27,821 nt of DNA, from positions 1-27,821 of the IMG/VR virus record IMGVR_UViG_3300003481_000047. One strand, written 5' to 3'. The translations under genes were made by a program, and so were the position numbers. This DNA is from a virus. Its lineage: Duplodnaviria; Caudoviricetes. The notes under the pieces are model-generated. The model was not told the origin of the DNA, did no database searches, and saw nothing but the letters and a program-made list of their open reading frames with translations. Below, piece by piece: positions 23,206 to 27,821 of the stretch. The stretch's first letter is position 1. Each line of letters opens with the position of its first letter.

Positions 23206-24453
23206 ATGAGCAACATGCAGAAAGGCCGCGTGACCCGCGGCCTCGTTTCCGTGCACGCCGACGGCGGCAACCCGCCCGACGTGAACGCGCTGGTCGAGGC
23301 GCTGAACAAGGCGTTCGCCGACTTCAAGGCCGAGCACAATCAGCAGCTGGAGGAGGTCAAGAAGGGCAACGCCGACGCCCTCCAGGCGCTGAAGGTGGAC
23401 AACATCAACGGCGAGATCAGCCGGCTGCAGGCCGCGGTGGACGCCGCCAACACGCAGCTGGCAGCCATCCAGATGGGCGGCGGCGCGGCCGGCGGCGACA
23501 CGCTGGCCGATGCGGAGTACAGCGGCGCGTTCCTGGCCCACTTCCGCAAGGGTGAAGTGCAGGCGGCGATGAACAAGGGCGTGGCCGACGACGGCGGCTA
23601 CTTGGCGCCGGTCGAGTGGGACCGCACCATCACCGGCCGCCTGGTCATCCTGTCGGACATGCGTCAGCTGGCGAACGTTGTCCCCTGTTCGGGCACCGGC
23701 CTGACCAAGCTGTACAACATGGGCGGCACCGCTTCCGGCTGGGTCGGTGAAGAGGATGCCCGCCCCGCGACCGCGACTGGCAAGCTCAAGCAGCTGGGGT
23801 TCGGCTGGGGCGAGGTGTACGCCAACCCGGGCGCAACGCAGCAGCTGCTGGACGACTCGGAGATCGACCTGGAGGCGTGGCTGTCCGGCGAGGTGGACGT
23901 CGAGTTCGCCCGGCAGGAAGGCGCCGGCTTCTTCGCGGGCGATGGTGTGAACAAGCCGTTCGGCATCCTGACCTACGTCACCGGCGGGGCCAATGCGGCG
24001 AAGCACCCGTTCGGCGCCATCGGCGCGATCAACAGCGGTGCGGCCGCAGCGATCACCGCTGACGGCCTGATCGACCTGGTGTACGACCTGCCGTCGGCCT
24101 TCACCGCGAACGCCCGTTTCGCCATGAACCGCAAGACGATGGGCGCGATCCGCAAGCTCAAGGACACCGAAGGCAACTACCTGTGGCAGCCGTCGTTGAT
24201 CGCCGGCCAGCCGTCCACCCTCCTGGGCTTCCCGGTGCAGGACGTGGCGGCGATCCCGGATGTGGCGGCCAACGCCATCGCCGCGCTGTTCGGTGACTTC
24301 AAGCAGACCTACACCGTGTACGACCGCAAGGGCGTGCGTGTGCTGCGCGATCCGTTCACCAACAAGCCCTACGTCCACTTCTACACGACCAAGCGTGTGG
24401 GCGGCGGCGTCCACAACCCGGAGCCGATGCGCGCGCTGAAGATTGCCGCGTAA
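23206..24453 (+). CDS. HK97-fold major capsid protein
   Basis: Coiled-coil delta domain, DGGYLAP, QLLDDS, GDGVNKPFGIL, FGDF and KRVGG. Confidence 0.95.
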   Translation: MSNMQKGRVTRGLVSVHADGGNPPDVNALVEALNKAFADFKAEHNQQLEEVKKGNADALQALKVDNINGEISRLQAAVDAANTQLAAIQMGGGAAGGDTLADAEYSGAFLAHFRKGEVQAAMNKGVADDGGYLAPVEWDRTITGRLVILSDMRQLANVVPCSGTGLTKLYNMGGTASGWVGEEDARPATATGKLKQLGFGWGEVYANPGATQQLLDDSEIDLEAWLSGEVDVEFARQEGAGFFAGDGVNKPFGILTYVTGGANAAKHPFGAIGAINSGAAAAITADGLIDLVYDLPSAFTANARFAMNRKTMGAIRKLKDTEGNYLWQPSLIAGQPSTLLGFPVQDVAAIPDVAANAIAALFGDFKQTYTVYDRKGVRVLRDPFTNKPYVHFYTTKRVGGGVHNPEPMRALKIAA

Positions 24454-24476
24454 CCGGGTCGAGGATCGCTAACCAA

Positions 24477-24502
24477 GGGCGGGCGGCTTCGGCCGCCCGC
24501 TC
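24477..24502 (+). terminator. Strong cUUCGg-capped hairpin after the capsid gene (mRNA stabiliser or terminator)
   Basis: GGGCGGGCGGC-TTCG-GCCGCCCGCTC, with no U-tract. Confidence 0.6.
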
Positions 24503-24516
24503 TGCATGGAGAAGTC

Positions 24517-24783
24517 ATGAGCAAACTGACCAAGCCTTTTCGCGGCGTGCGCGATGGCGAGATTTACCCAACCGAGTTCGCGGCCGGCGCCGAGTGCCCG
24601 CCCGAGCTGGAGGCCGGCGCCCGCGCGTCCGGCGCGCTGGCCGATGGCAAGTCCTCGGGAGGCCCCGACCAGGAAGGGAAGGCGGAGCTGATCGCCAAGC
24701 TGGAAGCGGCCGGCATCACGTTCGACAAGCGTTGGGGGGTGGACAAGCTCGCCGCCGCGCTGGCCGAAGGCAAAAAGGAGTGA
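24517..24783 (+). CDS. Small capsid-associated hypothetical protein, 88 aa
   Basis: F.GVRDGEIYP..F.AG, with a C-terminal HeH-like GITFDKRWGVDKL. Confidence 0.75.
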   Translation: MSKLTKPFRGVRDGEIYPTEFAAGAECPPELEAGARASGALADGKSSGGPDQEGKAELIAKLEAAGITFDKRWGVDKLAAALAEGKKE

Positions 24784-24787
24784 ACCT

Positions 24788-25267
24788 ATGCCGCTGCTGA
24801 CTATCGAGCAGTGCCGCCGGCAGTGCCGAGTGGACGGCGACTATGACGACGATCTGCTCTCGGAACTGTTGGGGTCTGCCGAGGACTCGGCGGCGGCGTA
24901 TCTCAACCGCGCGGTATTCCCCGATCAGTCGGCGTTGTCCGCAGCGTTGGCAGAGCTACCTGCCGGGGCTGCCGCCGCGGCCGAAGAGTATGCATCCGCT
25001 ATCGCTGCTGCCGCCTCTGAGTCGAACGCAGAAATGGCGAAGGCCATGGTTGAGGTCGCACTGGCCAAACGTGATGCGCTGGCTCTTGCCCGCAATCGCG
25101 TACTGCACGGAATCGTGGTGAACGGGAGCGTCGTGGCTGCCATAAGGCTGATGCTCGGCGACCTCTACGCCAACCGGGAGAACACGATGGTCGGCGCCGT
25201 AGCTGTTGAGATGCCGGCGGGCGCCAAGGCGCTACTGCGTCCCTACCGGAGGGTGATGGGCCCATGA
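24788..25267 (+). CDS. Head-tail connector (HK97 gp6-like)
   Basis: CRVDGDYDDDLL...AYLNR...AIRLMLGDLYANRE...LLRPYR. Confidence 0.9.
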   Translation: MPLLTIEQCRRQCRVDGDYDDDLLSELLGSAEDSAAAYLNRAVFPDQSALSAALAELPAGAAAAAEEYASAIAAAASESNAEMAKAMVEVALAKRDALALARNRVLHGIVVNGSVVAAIRLMLGDLYANRENTMVGAVAVEMPAGAKALLRPYRRVMGP

Positions 25268-25614
25268 AAGCGGGAGACCTCAACCGCCGCATCACCATCG
25301 AGCAGCGCGGCGCCGGCAAGGACGAGTGGGGCCAGCCAGCGGAGACGTGGGCATCAGTAGGCGAGGTGTGGGCCGGTATCGCCGGCGAAACCGGGCTTGG
25401 CGCCATCCGCGCCAACCTGCAGGCTGGCGCTCCCGCTTCCATCGCCCGCTACAGCTTCCTGGTGCGCTTCGAGATTGTCGGCCGGCTTGGCATCAACCCT
25501 GGCATGCGGATCGTCTACGACGGGCTGGTGTTCGACATCAAGGGCGTCACCCGCGACATGAAGGACCGCACGGCGGCGTGGATCATCACCGAGCAAGGCG
25601 GGAACAGCGGATGA
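25264..25614 (+). CDS. Head closure / head-tail adaptor (SPP1 gp16-like)
   Basis: MKAGDLNRRITIEQ...DEWGQP..W...VWA...GMRIVY. Confidence 0.9.
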   Translation: MKAGDLNRRITIEQRGAGKDEWGQPAETWASVGEVWAGIAGETGLGAIRANLQAGAPASIARYSFLVRFEIVGRLGINPGMRIVYDGLVFDIKGVTRDMKDRTAAWIITEQGGNSG

Positions 25615-26108
25615 CCATCAAGGCGAACGTCGATTTCAGCGATGCGATGCGGGGCCTGGACCTGCTCACCGATGTCCGCCACCAGCTGGCGCGCTCCATG
25701 GCAGTGGCCGGCGGCAAGGTGCTGCGGGACGAGGCCAAGGCACGCGCGCCAGTGGGCGAGGGGAGCAAGCGGCCCGGCCAGCTGCGCGACGCGATCTATC
25801 TGGCGTACCGGGACAAGGCGTCGACCGACAAGGCCGAGGTCTACGCGGTGAGCTGGAACGCCAAGACGGCGCCGCATGGGCACCTGGTCGAGTTCGGACA
25901 CTGGCAGACACATGCGCGGTACAAGGGCAAGGACGGCGACTGGTACACGGGCGCGCCGCTGGCGACGCCCAAGTGGGTGCCGGCCGATCCTTTCCTGCGG
26001 CCGGCTCTGGATGCAGCCAGGGAGCGGGCGAAGGTAGCGATGGTCGAGCGCGGCCGGGCGCGGTTGCCGGAGCTGCTGGCCGGCAAGGGAGGCGACGATG
26101 AGCTATGA
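25611..26108 (+). CDS. HK97 gp10-like tail completion protein
   Basis: LRDEAKARAP..GQLRDAI...HLVEFG...PFLRPALD. ATGA overlap at 25611. Confidence 0.88.
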   Translation: MTIKANVDFSDAMRGLDLLTDVRHQLARSMAVAGGKVLRDEAKARAPVGEGSKRPGQLRDAIYLAYRDKASTDKAEVYAVSWNAKTAPHGHLVEFGHWQTHARYKGKDGDWYTGAPLATPKWVPADPFLRPALDAARERAKVAMVERGRARLPELLAGKGGDDEL

Positions 26109-26454
26109 GCCGCAGTTGACCGCCCTGCTGGCGCCACTCCTGGACGACAGGTTCTACCCGGACGTGCCACCGGACAACCAGCAATACCCGTGCGCGGTCT
26201 ACCAGCAGGTGGGCGGCCGCTCGCTGTGGTTCGGCGAGGGCGCCATGCCCGACCACAAGCACGCCCGGGTGCAGATCACCCTATGGGCCGACACGCGCGC
26301 GCAGGCGAACACGCTGATGCGGCGGATCGAGGACAGCATCTGCACCGGCATGCCGAAGTCTGAGCCCCTTGGCGCCGCGGTGTCCGGATACGCCGACGCC
26401 ATCAAGAAGTACACGGCCCGGCAGGACTTCGGGCTCTGGTATCCCGATCCCTGA
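26098..26454 (+). CDS. Tail terminator (DUF3168-like)
   Basis: RFYPDVPP...YPCAVYQQVGG...RVQITLWA. Confidence 0.82.
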   Translation: MSYEPQLTALLAPLLDDRFYPDVPPDNQQYPCAVYQQVGGRSLWFGEGAMPDHKHARVQITLWADTRAQANTLMRRIEDSICTGMPKSEPLGAAVSGYADAIKKYTARQDFGLWYPDP

Positions 26455-26481
26455 CCGATCCACCCAGCACTAACCCCAACC

Positions 26482-26508
26482 ACCCGGCCTCGCGCCGGGT
26501 TTTTCATT
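26482..26508 (+). terminator. Intrinsic terminator-like hairpin before the tail tube gene
   Basis: ACCCGGC-CTCGC-GCCGGGT followed by TTTTC. Confidence 0.6.
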
Positions 26509-26530
26509 TACCCAAGCGAGGTAACAACGA

Positions 26531-27199
26531 ATGGCACTCAAGTTCCCCAAGGGCACCCAGTTCGGGTTTGCCAATGTCATTCCCGCCATCATCGCCGCCA
26601 CGGCCATCTCCAAGGCCGATCCAGCGGTGGCAACTGTCACCACCGGCGCCGTCGTTGAGGATGACGTCCTGCTGATCGAAGTGCCGGGCTGGCCGATCAT
26701 CAACAATCGCGTCGCGCAGGCTGGCACTGTCAACGCGGGCGCCAGCGATTCGGTGATCCTGCTGGGTATCGATACCAGCTCGACCGCGCTTTTCCCCGGC
26801 GCAAGCGGTGCCGCCAAGCTCTACAAGGCTGACGACTTTGTGGACTTCACGCAGCAGGGCGAGCCGTCCATGTCCGGTGGCGAGCAGCAGTTCTGGTCCG
26901 GTCAGTTTCTGGAAGATCCGACTGGCCAGCAGATCAACGTGCCGACCTACAAGAACGCCCGCGTGCTGACCATTCCCCTGTACTACGATCCGAAGCTGCC
27001 CTGGTACAAGGCTGCCAAGGAAGTGGACGCCATCGGCAAGCCGGTCATCCTGCGCGCCAAGCTGCCGGGCGGTGACGTGCAGTACCGCTATGGCTACCTG
27101 TCCTTCAACGGCGATCCGTCGATCGCGAACAACGCCCCGAACTCCAATACGGCCACGTTCACGCAGCTGGCCGAATCCACGCTGGTGGAGGCCGCCTGA
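26531..27199 (+). CDS. Major tail tube protein
   Basis: Position and size (222 aa), with the AISKADPAV, GIDT and SGGEQQF patterns of lambdoid tail tubes. Confidence 0.88.
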   Translation: MALKFPKGTQFGFANVIPAIIAATAISKADPAVATVTTGAVVEDDVLLIEVPGWPIINNRVAQAGTVNAGASDSVILLGIDTSSTALFPGASGAAKLYKADDFVDFTQQGEPSMSGGEQQFWSGQFLEDPTGQQINVPTYKNARVLTIPLYYDPKLPWYKAAKEVDAIGKPVILRAKLPGGDVQYRYGYLSFNGDPSIANNAPNSNTATFTQLAESTLVEAA

Positions 27200-27507
27200 T
27201 GTTCAAGGTCAAAGCACCGGAGACGTTCGGCACCACCCTGACCATCGTGGGCCAGGGCCGCGAGCAGAAGCTGAAACTGACCTACCGCCACCTGCTCAAG
27301 GACGCCTACAAGGCGCTGATGGACAAGCTGGCGGCCGGCGAGATCACCCCGGCGCAGGCGGTCTTGGAGCTGGTGGCCGAGTGGGACGCTGATGTGGACC
27401 TGGACACCGACGGCGTGGAAACGGCCCTGCAGCATCAGATCGGCCTCGACACGGCGATCATCCACGGCTACGCCCAGGCGATCCAGGTGGCCCGCAAGGG
27501 AAACTGA
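27199..27507 (+). CDS. Tail assembly chaperone (gpG-like)
   Basis: Follows the tail tube gene and ends ..RKGN on a slippery site. Confidence 0.85.
   Translation: MFKVKAPETFGTTLTIVGQGREQKLKLTYRHLLKDAYKALMDKLAAGEITPAQAVLELVAEWDADVDLDTDGVETALQHQIGLDTAIIHGYAQAIQVARKGN
27498..27504 (+). other. -1 programmed ribosomal frameshift site G GGA AAC
   Basis: X XXY YYZ heptamer in the correct phase. The -1 frame runs open into the 27516-27821 ORF. Confidence 0.85.
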
Positions 27508-27821
27508 CAGAGGCGGTGGGGGCGTTGTACTGGCGCGCCCCCACCGAGGCCGAGCTCGCAGGCACCGGCCTCAAGGCCAAGCACTTCACCGCGCCCGAGG
27601 TTGAGCTGTGGCCGGAGTGCGCCTTGCCGATCACGATCTATTCGCGGGTCTCCACCCAGTGGCGCAGCAGCGCCGGGGGCCTGATAGGGCTGGACTACCA
27701 GGAGGTGCACCGGGAGCTGGACCGTGAGGGGCTGGAGGGAGACCGCCGAGAGGAAGTGATGGCGGGAATCCGGGTCATCGAAGCGGCAGCCCTGGCGTAT
27801 TTTGCGGAGGCCAGCAAGTAG
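27498..27821 (+). CDS. gpT-like portion of the frameshifted tail chaperone gpGT (DUF1799-like)
   Basis: LWPE...TQWR..GG.IGLDY...IRVIEAAAL. Reached by the -1 frameshift. Confidence 0.8.
   Translation, partial: GKLTEAVGALYWRAPTEAELAGTGLKAKHFTAPEVELWPECALPITIYSRVSTQWRSSAGGLIGLDYQEVHRELDREGLEGDRREEVMAGIRVIEAAALAYFAEASK

Larger units (their letters stand above)
1..27821. mobile_element. Temperate lambdoid siphophage/prophage segment with HK97-like head (partial: no integrase, tape measure or tail tip in the window)
   Basis: Gene order is xis-like / early left operon / cI-cro / cII / O-like + DnaB / Q / lysis / HNH-terS-terL / portal-protease-capsid / head-tail / tail tube / tail chaperones. Confidence 0.97.

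Noticed and set aside
18894-27821. A DGR-targeted structural or tail gene
   Set aside because: No TR-like sequence was seen in the structural genes present. Tail-fibre genes lie outside the window, so a further target there cannot be excluded.

Overview
This GC-rich window is about 28 kb of a temperate lambdoid siphophage or prophage with an HK97-type head. A Xanthomonadaceae-like host is a guess from GC content and gene style. Left to right it holds: a leftward early operon (1-8264, minus strand), the immunity region (cI/cro with five 14-bp operators), cII, a replication initiator and DnaB, a Q-like antiterminator, a HicAB moron, the lysis cassette (holin, SAR endolysin, nested Rz/Rz1), HNH/terminase, head genes and the start of the tail module with a G/GT -1 frameshift. 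The main finding is a complete diversity-generating retroelement (DGR) in the early left operon rather than at a tail fibre. It has an RT (263-1624), Avd (1621-2070), one template repeat (TR, about 1468-1568) and two variable repeats. The VRs lie at the 3' ends of two small paralogous DUF1566/Lcl (C-type-lectin-fold) genes (2102-2530 and 7824-8264, about 5.7 kb apart). By manual alignment each VR differs from TR at 15 of 96 positions, and all 30 differences fall on TR adenines. The TR appears to be translated in frame as the N-terminus of the RT. One target is the first gene behind the CI-repressed pL promoter. Other points of note are an alternative-frame ORF nested in the cytosine methyltransferase, a catalytically degenerate SleB-like lipoprotein, a repressor with no S24 domain, and a candidate structured RNA in the late leader. 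All calls come from reading the sequence by eye; no database searches were run.
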